A DNA stretch of 64,000 nt from Mytilus californianus (lineage: Eukaryota), in contig NW_026262734.1 in assembly GCF_021869535.1 (NCBI RefSeq), forward strand, positions 30,194,001 through 30,258,000. Direction: 5' to 3'. Under the pieces are notes generated by a model that saw only the letters and a program-made list of their open reading frames with translations, had not been told where the DNA came from and ran no database searches. Both the position numbers and the translations under genes were made by a program. Positions 13,546 through 25,655 of this stretch are shown here, piece by piece (within the stretch, counting starts at the first letter, position 1; every line of letters starts with the position of its first letter).

Positions 13546-15062
13546 TGTGAAGTCTGTATCTTTAAACATAGGCTCTGCAGTTAATGCAAATATGTTCACT
13601 CTTTTTTTCAAAGTATTAAACATCTTACATTTCCATATAGTCAACATTATATACTAAATTGTCTAAAACATGACTGAAAAGACCATCATTCTCTACACTT
13701 CGAAACTGAAATTGATTCGAGTACACCTGCTGCAATTGTAAATAAGGCTCTCTGTTATAAAATATAATATTTACTCCCTCAAAGATATTACTTCCCTTCA
13801 TTATTCTCCCTCAATAGTAAAAACAAGTAGTTCATTTTTTTTCTTTGGTAATCTTTTTACTTGATATATCCTTATCATTACCAATCAAGAATATCAAAAT
13901 TTACAACTAGCATAGTACTACACACTAAACAGTCATATGACAACATACCAACATGATAAAGCACCAACAGCGCAATACACCGACAGAACGATAGGGCGAC
14001 ACATCGCCTTGACGCTTGCCAACAGGACTAAACGCTGATAAATCACATCACAACTTAAAAAAGACATACAGAATTAAGCCGACATAATAACACAAAAACA
14101 AACTGACAAAACCGCAGGATGAACACCGACATGTCGATAGGAAAATTTGAAATAAAGAAAAAAGATTAACGTTGAAATGATAATATTTACACCTTCCATT
14201 AAAAACTATTTGAGGTCTTATTTTTTACTTGAACAGGACCGGATTCGGGTTTGTGGATGCAAGAGCCATGATATCTTAAGAGTACAAAAGTTGCCTCTTT
14301 AGTATTTATCACAATTTCAATTGCCCTTTTGACATAAAATTCAAAATAAAATTTCCCACAATTAATTTGCCCCTTTTAAAAGAACGTTCATCCAAAATTA
14401 TGAAGATGTTGTACACATTCATACCAAACAGGATTACTAAAAACTAAACTGAAAGTAAACTGATGTATAACATCAATCCGTTGCATAATGTTAATATAGT
14501 AAAACTCTGGTCATATCATGTCCGCGACATTATCATCTATTCGCAATTTGATCTCAATAGATAAAGATTAAGTACTCTATGTTATAATTATAGTTCGAAG
14601 ATCGTTGTATATATTCACACTAGCACCAGTTCCGTTTTTAAGTCTTTCTTGATACTTCGAGCACATTCATAACTTTTTCAAGGAAAGAGGTTTATTAATA
14701 CATATGCAAAACTAAATTATTTAGATGTATTATCTATTATGTAATTCAATAAATACTTTCTTCGTTTGCCTTTACTTATGAAATATGTTCTGATAGTTTG
14801 TAATCAAATGGACCCACGCAATACTAAACAGATGGTTTGCAACAAATGAACACGTTACGAGAACTAGCCCACAGCATGAATATCATGACAGTAGTGAACG
14901 CGAAATATTCGTTGTCAGATTCAATTGGCTTCCTCAAATTTATTATATATTACGTTAATATATCATCAATAAATTTGGATTAATGAGATAACACAATTCT
15001 ATTTTTTTTTTCTATTATGTATTGTTTTTGCTCCATTCGTCAACCTCCACAGTTTTGCAGGG

Positions 15063-15070
15063 TATAAATA
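15063..15070 (+). promoter_or_regulatory. TATA box of the PTTH/trunk-like gene
   Basis: TATAAATA about 70 nt upstream of ATGAAAAAG|GTAAGT. Confidence 0.55.
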
Positions 15071-15131
15071 AGTTAAAGAATGAATTACTTCTTGGTGATT
15101 AAAGGTAGTGTATGCAAAGGAAATATCAAGA

Positions 15132-15140
15132 ATGAAAAAG
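15132..15140 (+). CDS. Putative first coding exon (MKK) of the PTTH/trunk-like gene
   Basis: ATG AAA AAG followed by consensus donor GTAAGT (phase 0); joined to the exon at 22323 it gives the signal peptide MKKILIGLVLLMIMICCTNG. Confidence 0.6.
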
Positions 15141-15906
15141 GTAAGTTATTAAATACTATGTATACTCCTAATTAGTTATATTTTCTATAGAAAAACACTG
15201 CATATAGATTCTATTAATTTGTAGATGACTGTTCATTCACTATTGTCTGATTTTTCAGATTAAAATCTTGTAGAAGGATCTGGATAATACTCATTCAACA
15301 TTTGACGTTTATCAATTTAAATCAATGAATCATTAATTAATCAACAAAATTACATTGTATTCTGTCATCTTTAAAAAGATTATAATAATCTTCAAATTTG
15401 TTTAATTTTAATTCTGAACAAATATGAGTTAATAATATAATTTCTAAGCACTCCAGTTTTAATTTTGAAATGAAATGGGCCTTGGGTATTGCAAAATTTA
15501 AGTGCATTATTACTGAATCCCAAAAATAAAACACTTTAAAAAAATGTTGTTATAAACATAATGAGATGAGGTATGATTGAAAATCGGATAACTACCGACC
15601 AGAGTATCAAATGATGTGAATGTAAGTAAGTTTTGGTCACAGAATGTGGCAGGGTCAAACATTTTGCTGATTGCTCATCATCACATAACCTATGATAGTG
15701 TTGTAACAACACAACATTATAACAAACTGTAACAATCAGTTGAAAAAGAGTTGACTCATCAGATCGACACCAAGCACAAACAATAACTAACAAAAAGACT
15801 GAATCCACAAAGTACCGATTTACGAGTACTCGTAGTTATTGAAAGCTAGTTGAATACTAGTTGTTTCTAATAAATAAATTAGAGTTTACCGTATTTTCGA
15901 ATATTA

Positions 15907-16345
15907 AATAGATATAAGAAGATGTGGTATGAGTGCCAATGAGACAACTCTCCATCCAAGTCAAAATTTATAAAAGTAAACCATTATAGGTCAAAGTACG
16001 GTCTTCCTCACACCGAACAGCAAGCTATAAAGGGCCCTAAAAATAACTAGTGTAAAAGCATTGAAACGGGAAAACCAACGGTCTAATCTATATAAAAAAC
16101 GAGAAACGAGAAACACTTATGAACCACATCAACAAACGACAACTACTTAACATCAGACTCATGACTTAGGACAGGTGCAAACAATTGCAGCGGGTTTAAA
16201 CGTTTAAAGGGTACCAAACCTTAACCCTTATCTGAAACAATAGTGTAACATCACAACATAGAAAGACACACTATAAAATATCAACTGAAATGGCTTAAAT
16301 CAATCAAAGGACATATTAACACCAGTGAACATACACTGAACAAAT
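15907..16345 (+). repeat. Interspersed repeat family A copy (intronic)
   Basis: Matches 2181-2305 and 13168-13545; an older related copy precedes it at about 15545-15860. Confidence 0.85.
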
Positions 16346-17463
16346 AAATTTGATCTATGATACAATGTAAATACAAAATAAATAAGCTAAGGGAAGAATA
16401 ATTAAAGTAACATGTTATACCGCTGTGAAATGTTAAACAATTAAAGAAAAACAATATGATCGAACAAAAATATCAGCCATTTATAATTTAAGAAAAACAA
16501 TTTGCTCGAACAAAAATATCAGCCATTTGCAATTACTTAAAACACAGGTAAATGAAAATAATTTTGTTGTTAGGTATACGTGTACAGTTCAAATAGAGAA
16601 AGGAAATATTTTTACAAAATAAATAATTTTGATGTTCATAGTACGAAGTGAAAATTTATGATTTGCAACAAAACATTTAAAAAATCTTTCAAATTAAATT
16701 AGTCATTTTATTTTGAATCAATTTAATCAAATGAAAACTAACGTAGCTTTCAGTAGAATTTTCTTGGTTTGAGTTGGAGCAATGTCGTCTTGATCTGTTA
16801 TGTCCTGTTGTTTTTCTGAAAAGCGTAGGTATCTGTCGCAGTATCGCTTTAACAACAAATGTTTGCTTAATATCTGTTTGTGTGATATGGAGTAAAAAAT
16901 CATATATGCATTATTTGGGAGTCTATTAACTACTTATATATTTATTTATGACATCATAACACCAAATACTTATATTTCACGTTTCTCTGTAAAAAACAAT
17001 AAACAAACGATGTACTGAATACATACTTATTTTACCACATTTTGGTATTATGTAGTACAGGATGAAACAAGACAAATACCAAAACAATTTGTATCAGCTC
17101 AGTTCAATAAACTGAATAAACGAAGTAATTTTAACAGGATGTGAATAGATTTATTTAGCAGTTTAAGCGAATTAATAGTGCCGCTATGAATATCAACAAG
17201 GGATTTAAAGTAATGACCCTTATTTACGTCATTTATCTAAAAAAAAAAAAACACAAACACACACATTATGCGTTGAGAAAAATATGCGACCTTTGTTGGA
17301 AAATTGCTTTACAATGGTTCATTTTTATTGAAATGAATGTACTTGGGAACAATAAAGCTGTCCATATCTGCTTATCCTTAGCATAGATGCAGGAAAACAT
17401 ACGGGAGTCGATCATAAACGTAATGAGCAAATCACAACGTTTCGGTGTGTGCTTTTGAAAACA

Positions 17464-17570
17464 TTACCCAGAATGCATTATACTTTTAAATGACAAAGTT
17501 CGTAAGAAATAAAACTTTTATTATGATACAGACTTATACGGGAAATACTCTTTTCTACTCCATATATAAA
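17464..17570 (+). promoter_or_regulatory. Candidate type 3 Pol III promoter (SPH/Staf site plus TATA)
   Basis: TTACCCAGAATGCATTATA (17464-17482) matches the ZNF143/Staf consensus at all but one position; TATATAAA at 17563-17570 lies 29 nt upstream of G17592. Confidence 0.5.
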
Positions 17571-17591
17571 AACATGGCTGCTATTCTTTTC

Positions 17592-17649
17592 GGCCGATCG
17601 CTATGTTTGACTGAGTGACCGTATCGACGCACCCGGTCCCGCTCATTTT
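17592..17649 (+). ncRNA. Candidate about 58-nt structured Pol III small RNA of unknown class
   Basis: GC-rich island in AT-rich DNA; hairpin TGAGT-GACCG/CGGTC-CC-GCTCA immediately followed by TTTT; upstream TATA and SPH motif. Confidence 0.45.
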
Positions 17650-20055
17650 AAAATACATGCGATTCCCTCATTTTTGTTAGTTAGCTTGATGTATCTCTTC
17701 CAAATCGATTTACTAGATTTGAACATCGGTAAACTCTTGTCGTCATAATTTGTGATATATCATTTGCCAATTTGTTTTCAATGGTATAAGTTGCGAAAGA
17801 ATTCGGAATTCATTAGCACAAAATTACCTGTTTAAATATCGATTAACCTGTTTTTACCTTATACATATAATAAATTATAATACCTTAAATACAATTAAAT
17901 ATTGAATGAGCAGGATTATTGTCATATAAAAAAGAGAGGGGAGAAATATCAAAGGGACATTGAACAACTAAAAAAATGTACTTATATCGTATATGCAGAT
18001 GAGCAGTACATGGGTGTGTTCAATGGAATTCTATTTTCTGCACAAGACCAAACAACGGAAGTTAGAAAGACCACCACGGTATTCGAGTACTACGGAAGAC
18101 ATGAACAAACAAAGACACTATCAATGGTATTCATTCAAGAGACCAACAAATATCACTCGTTAGATGTTGTTCAATTTTATTGTAAAGGGCTCACCACTGT
18201 ATTTCCAACGATTGTATACCGAACACTACCTTAATTGAATTAGGCATTAAAAAATCAACAGCCAAAAGAAGGGCACATAATTAGTTAAAGCGCAAACGGA
18301 TGCATTTTAGCCACAAACATATTTCTCCAAAATTTATACCTTTAACAATTTAACATGAAGGTGTATAAATGATTTCCCGGCTGTTGCAATTTTAATACCA
18401 ACATAAAGCATAGTATTCAGAACATCGACATTTCCTTTTTTGGAAAATATTTTTGTACAACATATGAACCTTGTGTTTTATTCTCGATTAAATCCGCTTT
18501 GTCATAACAGTGGTTAAATGATTTGGTGTTTTAAAATTTTATCTCCCAGAATCAAGAAGCACTATCTACCTTCAACGTTTGTTTATCTTTTCTTTCATCA
18601 TGTTTTTTCGCTCATACTTGCGCTGCGCGGTTGCCGACGTATTGACGAGAGACCTCGTGGTTAAGGTAATTGCATTCAGAAAAGATTACGGGGAATTAGA
18701 TTACGAGAAGACAATAATTCAAAAGGAGTACATTTCTGACAATTTTAAAAGATAAAGAATTTTCGTTTAAAGAAAGTCGACGTTTACGTATTTTATAGTA
18801 AAACTTAGCTATTCATATCTATAAAACATATTATACTTTTTTTTAATTTTGAGGTATCAAATGACATTAATTTTTAGAGGCATCTGTTTAGTTCTTTTTA
18901 TTTTCTTTTGTTGAATATAAGTTGTAAATTTCTCCTGTCATTAATCATTGACTAGTCAATCAGACTTATGCCTCAAATATCCGTTTGGGAAATACTTAAC
19001 CTTTGTAGACCTGTAAATTCAAACTGCCTGTAGGAAAACATCCTGTATTTTACTGTTCTTGACATTTTACAACTACCCTTCATAGCAACTCAACATTTAA
19101 TATATCAACTTTGCATTTACGGTCTAGTATATCAGTTTTATAATTATTCGAGGAGAATTGTTTGTGGATTAACATCTAACAGTAGATCAATAAGCTATAT
19201 CTGATCTTATGAATTGAATCTTAATGTAAAAAAAATTGTTTGAAATATCTTTTAAAATATAAGTACAATGAATGATATATACACTTTTATTATTGTAACG
19301 TTGCAATTTTCTTTAACTTAGACATATTAATACTTGTAAAATGAACGATGACTTTTTACAGTTTCTTTGCGTGGTTCAATGTAAAGTAGTAGTTGATTGA
19401 TCGTGTATTTTAACATCAACACAACTTTTCAAGAGTATAATAATCATAAATATTAGTTTGAACAATTCTAGTCTTTTCTATACACTTACAGTCTGGTTGC
19501 GTTTATATTGTTTAAAGAAGATGTTTTCGTAACATGAAAACCTTTCACATCCATTGATACATTATTGAAATTTAGATTAAAACCTATTCCTGTATCTGTT
19601 CAATTCGATAAGACGATATCTTTAATGCGTTCAGAAATACATAGAGAAAGAAAGAGTAAAAACCATCATAATGGTAAAACATTTATCTTATCTTGAAAAT
19701 AATGACTTAAATTCGAAATGTCCGTGAGGAAAATGACAGATAAAGTCTGTATAACTTGAACTTAAATGTTCTACGTCGGAAGAAAATCATTGGTTTGATT
19801 ATTTGGCATAAATACAGGCGACCTTAGTTTACCAATGTTCAAATCTCGTAAATCGATTAGAAGAGATAACTCAAGGAAACAAAGAGTAATGAGATTTTTT
19901 TCTGCTGAGATCAGCAAATATAGCTTTGCCATAATATATATTCAACAGCTTTGATTTGCCATTCCGTATTTGAAAATATAGGACCTGTTCCAAGCGTATT
20001 AGTATGGCAAACATAATAATGTGCTCTGCATTTAACTCGGGGCGATGCATATAAT

Positions 20056-20215
20056 AAACTAATCATAGATACAGGATTGAAATATTGTACGCGAGACGTA
20101 CGTTTCGTCTTGAAAAAAATCATCAATGACGTTTGAATTTAAAAAGGTTAAAAGGCAAATTAAAGTACAATGTTGATGAGCATTAAGGACCTAAATGTCC
20201 AAAAGGTTTTACGTA
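20056..20215 (-). mobile_element. Hammerhead-repeat relic (CTGATGAGTC..GACGAAACGCGCGTC family)
   Basis: Minus strand ttgatga..caagacgaaacgtacgtctcg; homologous to 25490-25655, 34845-34915, 38640-38955 and 39010-39310. Confidence 0.6.
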
Positions 20216-20950
20216 AATAATGTGTTTTCAACTGCTTTTATAAAACGCATTTAATATAGTTTGTGGTGTTGACATAGAACGTTCATCTTATGCTTCATCC
20301 TGTGAAATCTCTAAATATCTTAATGTGTGACGTCCATTTCCGCTGTACTAGTATACATTATTGTTAAGGGGGCAGAAGAAGCCCGCCTCCGGGTGCGGGT
20401 TTTCTCGCTGTTTGAAGACCCGTTGGTGGCCTTGGGCTGTTTTCTGCACTTTGGTCGGGTTGTTGTCTCTAAGACGCATTCCTCGTTTCCATTCACAATT
20501 TTAGTTATCACTTCCTTTTAGCATTCTTTTAAATTTTTGCAAAAGGAATCTATTGGAATGTACTAAGACGGATTTTATCAATAAACTATTATACTGTACT
20601 AAAAACTACGAAACGATTCAAGAGAAACATTGATAAAATTAACTTGATAGATAACAAATCAAAGCATACCCTAAAAATATCATTTTATTTTTATCTTTTT
20701 GAAATTAAATGTTTTCACAGTGTGATAGTTATTATACTTGCTGGTGTTGGTGAAGAAGGAGCTTAATAATTCAATAAATATGTTATCGTTATAACAAAGT
20801 CTCCATTGTATATATATATATATATATATATATGATATATGAGTCTAAAAGATTGTGTAACAATACCGATAAATAGATGGAAAACAAAACACTAAAAAGT
20901 GTTGAATATCATCGCACAAAGATGGAAAAACTGAACAGATGATATAAATT

Positions 20951-20996
20951 ATACAATAATTGCAAATATTTCGGCTCAACAAATGGCCTTCCTCAG
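20951..20996 (-). ncRNA. Minimal hammerhead ribozyme core in the Penelope 3' UTR (second copy on + at 21521-21566)
   Basis: CTGAGGA-A-GGC-catttgttga-GCC-GAAA-TA-tttgcaat-TAT; stem I pairing is imperfect. Confidence 0.5.
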
Positions 20997-21135
20997 TGTT
21001 AAAAGTTTTAACAATAATGATATATAATGTATAAGGTGTAAACATAGATCAATAATAATACAGGTAAGTTTTGGTCGATTGATTTTAATCCAAAATCCTG
21101 AATATCATAATATAAACATTAGACTGTAAATTTAA

Positions 21136-21506
21136 TTATTTCTTTCTATTGATTCCATCTGGATGGAGGACACCCAGTGTTTTTATCCAAAACTTCTCCC
21201 GATTCTCTCTTTGCCTATTTTGCCATGTACAATCCTGTTCGATCACAAGGATCTTCATGTGATCAAAATCTTTCAGATTGTGATCTGGTAACCTGAAGTG
21301 TTGGCTGACAGGAATATACGTTTTTTTTGTGAGGTCACTTCTGTGGCCATTAAGGTGTTTGTGAAATGGCTGCATAGATTCACCAACATATTGGAGACCA
21401 CATATAGGACACTCAAGAACGTAAATCACGTTTGAGCTTTTGCAGTTGACATTGCAGAAGATCTTGTATGTCTTTTCTGTGGTCTCACTGTGAAATGTTG
21501 AAACTG
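21136..21506 (-). CDS. C-terminal GIY-YIG endonuclease fragment of the Penelope-like element (no real start)
   Basis: NCKSSNVIYVLECPICGLQYVGES..H..SQHF..DH..REKFWIKTL....PDGIN; Cys/His pattern typical of Neptune-type elements. Confidence 0.9.
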
Positions 21507-22322
21507 TAAAACTTTTAACACTGAGGAAGGCCATTTGTTGAGCCGAAATATTTGCAATTATTGTATAATTTATATCATCTGTTCAGTTTTTCCATCTTTG
21601 TGCGATGATATTCAACACTTTTTAGTGTTTTGTTTTCCATCTATTTATCGGTATTGTTACACAATCTTTTAGACTCATATAATTTTCCCTGTTTGTGTAG
21701 TATTGTCAATTTTGATGATCCAATACCTATTAAGTTTACTGGTTGGTAGATTCTTATAGACTCTCTCTATATATATATATAGCCACTAGTTTTTATAACC
21801 TACGAGAATATGTGGTTATAGTCTTTCTCATTCAATTGTCATACTTAATTGTAAATCTTTTAGATACATTACCTATAAATAATAACATAACATGTAAGTT
21901 TCTTATGAATCCGTACTTTTGATTAGCAAACAAATATCGCAAGGCATTCCAAAACTAAATTTTATTAATCAATAAAATGCAACAGTCATGACTGTACGTG
22001 CTTCCCATGACAACGTCACAACAATGCATAGGAAAACAAACGAAAAATTTAATAGAACTCGTAATTATTTCATGGTTTTATTGTTAAATGTAATTATAAT
22101 AGTTGATTGCTTCTTTTTGTAACTTTATTCGCCTCGTGTTCCATACAAAATGTGCTTCAGTCAACGCTTTTACATTTTATAAAATTTCAATATTCAATAC
22201 ACAAAAAAATAAGTTGCATACCTGAGTATATGGTTACGAGATACATATCAAAATGTTTGTATGCAAAAACAACGCACTCAATATAACTTTGTATTTATTT
22301 TCAATTCGTTCTTTGTTTTTAG

Positions 22323-22715
22323 ATTCTGATCGGATTAGTATTGCTTATGATAATGATATGCTGTACGAATGGAAATACAATGACACTGCTGAAAAAATTA
22401 TCAAAGAATATCACAAAAGAACAAAGTTATAATAAACGATCTGAAAGTTTGGAAGAAAGACCATGTGACTGCGAAACTCGAGTCGAATGGACCGACTTGG
22501 GGGAAAATGTTTATCCTAGGCATTTACGAGAAACTAAATGTATATCAACACATTGCTGGTTTGGTCATAGCAGATGCAATCCGATATTATACACCGTCAA
22601 AGTACTAACTAGTAATCCTTTACCGTTTGTAGATCCAATGTTACCAGAAGGACTTCGCTCTGAATGGACATTTGTGGATAAAACAGTTTCAGTTGGTTGC
22701 CTATGCAGTCGGTGA
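22323..22715 (+). CDS. PTTH/trunk-like cystine-knot secreted protein, main (last) exon
   Basis: Acceptor ttgtttttAG at 22321-22322; hydrophobic signal stretch, KR site, then PCDC..WTDLGENVYPR..C....CWFGH..C.P..Y.VKVL..LP..L...W......VSVGCLCSR with 7 Cys as in PTTH; AATAAA at 22723-22728. Confidence 0.9.
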   Translation: MLIGLVLLMIMICCTNGNTMTLLKKLSKNITKEQSYNKRSESLEERPCDCETRVEWTDLGENVYPRHLRETKCISTHCWFGHSRCNPILYTVKVLTSNPLPFVDPMLPEGLRSEWTFVDKTVSVGCLCSR

Positions 22716-25489
22716 TGTACACAATAAATGAATTTGGAAAATAAGCTTTGACTGTTAGTTACAGGCGCAAATCAAAATGATTTCATATATTTTTGGATTG
22801 CATAGGGGTTTCAATGCCTAGTCTTTCCGAGTAATTGCTCATTTTCGTGATCTGCAATCGTTGATATCAACCGACTTGCAAATAGACGCACAAAAAGAAC
22901 ATCGTATGCATCGATCAAGAATTACGTAACAGAGAAATTTTATGTGTGAAAATTATTTACCAAATTTGCTTTATTTCTTTTTTTGTATCGTTTAAATTTA
23001 GTTTCTTAGTTTGAATGATTTTCGGGAAAATGTTGAAGACGACATATAAATCAAACACTAGCAATGATGTGAAAAACTGTCACACTCATGTTAGAAACGA
23101 CATGACTGGTACCGTTTGAGATACTCTGCTTTATCTGTGATATTTTTATACATTGTATATGTGATAAAGTGTGTATTTATTTTGCTATGGTGCATTTTCA
23201 CCTGACTTGTAAATAACAAATAAGGAATTTAGACATATAGTTAAAATTTCAATGATACTGATCTACAATACACTTTTAGTTTGCTTTTCAATTGCACTTA
23301 GTGAAATTGTTATGTCGGAAATACGCCTGCACTCTGTTTTTAGAATAAATTTTATTATTTTATATATTGTTGTCGTCTCTTCATTATCAATGCAGTGACT
23401 ATTTTGCATTCCCTTTAGCTCATTCACTAAACTATGTTCTAGGAGATTTTAGTACCCGTCTTCAGTTGTTCACAAAACGGAACAAAACTTGCCGTTCTAT
23501 CTTCTTTCTGATCAAACAATATATACATTTTTCTAGATATAGAATACAGGTAAACCAAAACTTTTACAGAACAATAAAGAAACACGTAAATAAACTCATC
23601 ATAGATTAAAATATCATACGAAAGTCGTGCAGTTGTCAAACGATATTTTGCTCGGTATTCAGTTTTCTGTGTTGTATTTTGAAAAGCGTTGTGTTTGTCT
23701 TTCCGTTTTTTCTGATTATCGCCATTTTCGGGTCGTCTGTCTGTTTATGTTTAATGATTTTTTACCTTTTTCTTGATATATCTTAGCTGTTTTAAATTTC
23801 ATTAGTGTTTATGAATGGAATTTGTCTGTCAGTACAGTATATTATTGTATGTATAGTTTTACTTTTTTTCAAATCTAGGGATGGAATTTGAATATGAGAG
23901 GACCTATATGCCAAAATATGCAAAATATAACCTTGATATTTTGTTCTTAAAACACAACTCACACAACAAAAGTTATGTAGTATTAGCCATGGTAAGTTCT
24001 GAAGGCACCGTTAAACTTAGTCGTTTGCTGATCATTCTTTATCCATTTAGTCGTTTTTAATCCACTTTTACTTGTTTTTTTCTATTTTCTTAATCTTCTA
24101 TGAAACAAATCTATATACATACTATTACAACAAAGTGCTTAGTAACTATCTCAAATTTGAGTTTTAGAAGTACCTTACTAAAGATTTTGTATACATTATT
24201 TCAAGTTTTGCAATGTTTCTGTCTTGTTTCTTGCTTTTGTGGCGTGTTGTAAGCAGGGCAGGATATATTAAACCTGTAGAACAAAATAACAAATACGGCA
24301 CTCAAGTGTCATATGTGGGTTGGACAAAAAACATCAAAATTATTGAAACATATGGTTAATGAGAATCCGACAATTTTACTCCTATTTTTTTCTTGATGAC
24401 TCTTTGTCCTTTGACGTTTTAACTGACATCAAAATAATACATTGATATTTTCGATGGTGTTTTGTTTTACCACGGGGTATTAATAACGCGTCATCATTCA
24501 ATAATGGCAATTCAATTTCAGTGTTGCTTAATTAAAAGAAACTGTTTTTACCGTAAAGATGTATTCAACCGCTATAAACAATCTCGAACTAATGGCTCAC
24601 TTGTCTTACTTATTCATATATCTGGAAATACAAATACATTTTATGTTCAGAAATTCATTTAATTTTCCAACATACATGTCGATGTTTATTGGGTACGTGT
24701 ACCTAATGAATTTCAAACCTTAATTGATTTCATAGTATTAATGTAATTTTCCAAAGTCAGGAATAACTTGTATGAAAAATAAACTAAAAAAAGAATAATT
24801 TAACCTTTACAGAATTCCTGAAAGACATGAAATGTCGTTTAGTTGATGTTTTACTTGTGATGAAAACAAATATATTGATGTATAGCTTCATGTCCTGAGG
24901 CAGTCGCTATTTACAATACATCTGTTTTCCACTTTAAGCATGACACGGTAAACAACACGGATGTATTAATCTATTGGATCTTATGTTGAAAAATAAATTC
25001 CTGTTTTTGTATATTTTTGTAAAAAGAACCGGCGATGAAACGGACGTTTTAGCAACTACAAATTTTAGAGGTTTTTTAGGTAGTTGCAACTTGCAAGATG
25101 TGTGTTAAAGCATTTTGTTTTTACGATAAGTATTCATCATTTGAGTCAATTTTATTTTCAGAACTTGTAGAATCCAGAATCAGTAATTGTCTCTTGAAAT
25201 ATACGTAGGCGCTTCATGAGTATGCACAATCAGGTCACACCGTCGCTTATATTTCCTGACTCACGTAACATATTGTTATTCAATTCTTTGTTTTCTTTTA
25301 TAAACACAACACATATCTTTTTTTTTAATTTTTTATGCAGAGCTATTTCAAAGATTGATAGATCTGGCAATCTTTTTTTTTCCTTTTATATGAAATTCAC
25401 TTCCAAAAACAATTAATTAGAAATTTGGAGTGGCCTAATATTTTCGGCAAATTTGATACTCAACAAGCTGCAGAGCACTAGTATAACAA

Positions 25490-25655
25490 AAAAAATCTGA
25501 TTCCAGGCTTATATTTTTTTTACGACAGACGTTTGTTTCGTCTTCAAATAACTTATCAGTGACGCGCGAATAAAAAAAGTGAAAAGGCCAAATAAAGTAC
25601 GAAGTTGAAGAGCATCGCTGATCTAAAATTTCGAAAGGTTTTTCCACATACAGCG
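25490..25655 (-). mobile_element. Hammerhead-repeat relic
   Basis: Minus strand gcgtcactgataagttatttgaagacgaaacaaacgtctgt (core G changed to A). Confidence 0.6.

Larger units (their letters stand above)
20836..21767 (-). mobile_element. Recent 5'-truncated, 5'-inverted Penelope-like (Neptune-type) insertion in a (TA)n tract
   Basis: GIY-YIG remnant; apparently identical 175-bp inverted repeat 20836-21010 / 21507-21681; (TA)n at 20809-20832 and 21768-21781. Confidence 0.85.

Noticed and set aside
15080-15140. Upstream ATG as the start of the PTTH-like gene
   Set aside because: It is only 10 nt past the TATA box, upstream of the likely TSS, and gives phase 1, which is incompatible with the phase 0 exon at 22323.
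17350-17649. Reading the hairpin-plus-TTTT as the 3' end of a full-length 7SK or other known snRNA
   Set aside because: The upstream sequence is AT-rich, lacks the 7SK 5' motifs and contains the TATA and SPH elements instead.
17902-18234. 110-aa ORF
   Set aside because: TTG start, begins in repeat-derived sequence, no recognisable motif.
21507-21534. Start codon and N-terminus MAFLSVKSF of the 132-aa ORF
   Set aside because: It lies in the inverted 3' UTR copy and is an artefact of the inversion junction.
22261-22329. Intronless start for the PTTH-like ORF
   Set aside because: ATG 22261 is out of frame and stops at 22329; the coding frame has TAG at 22320-22322.
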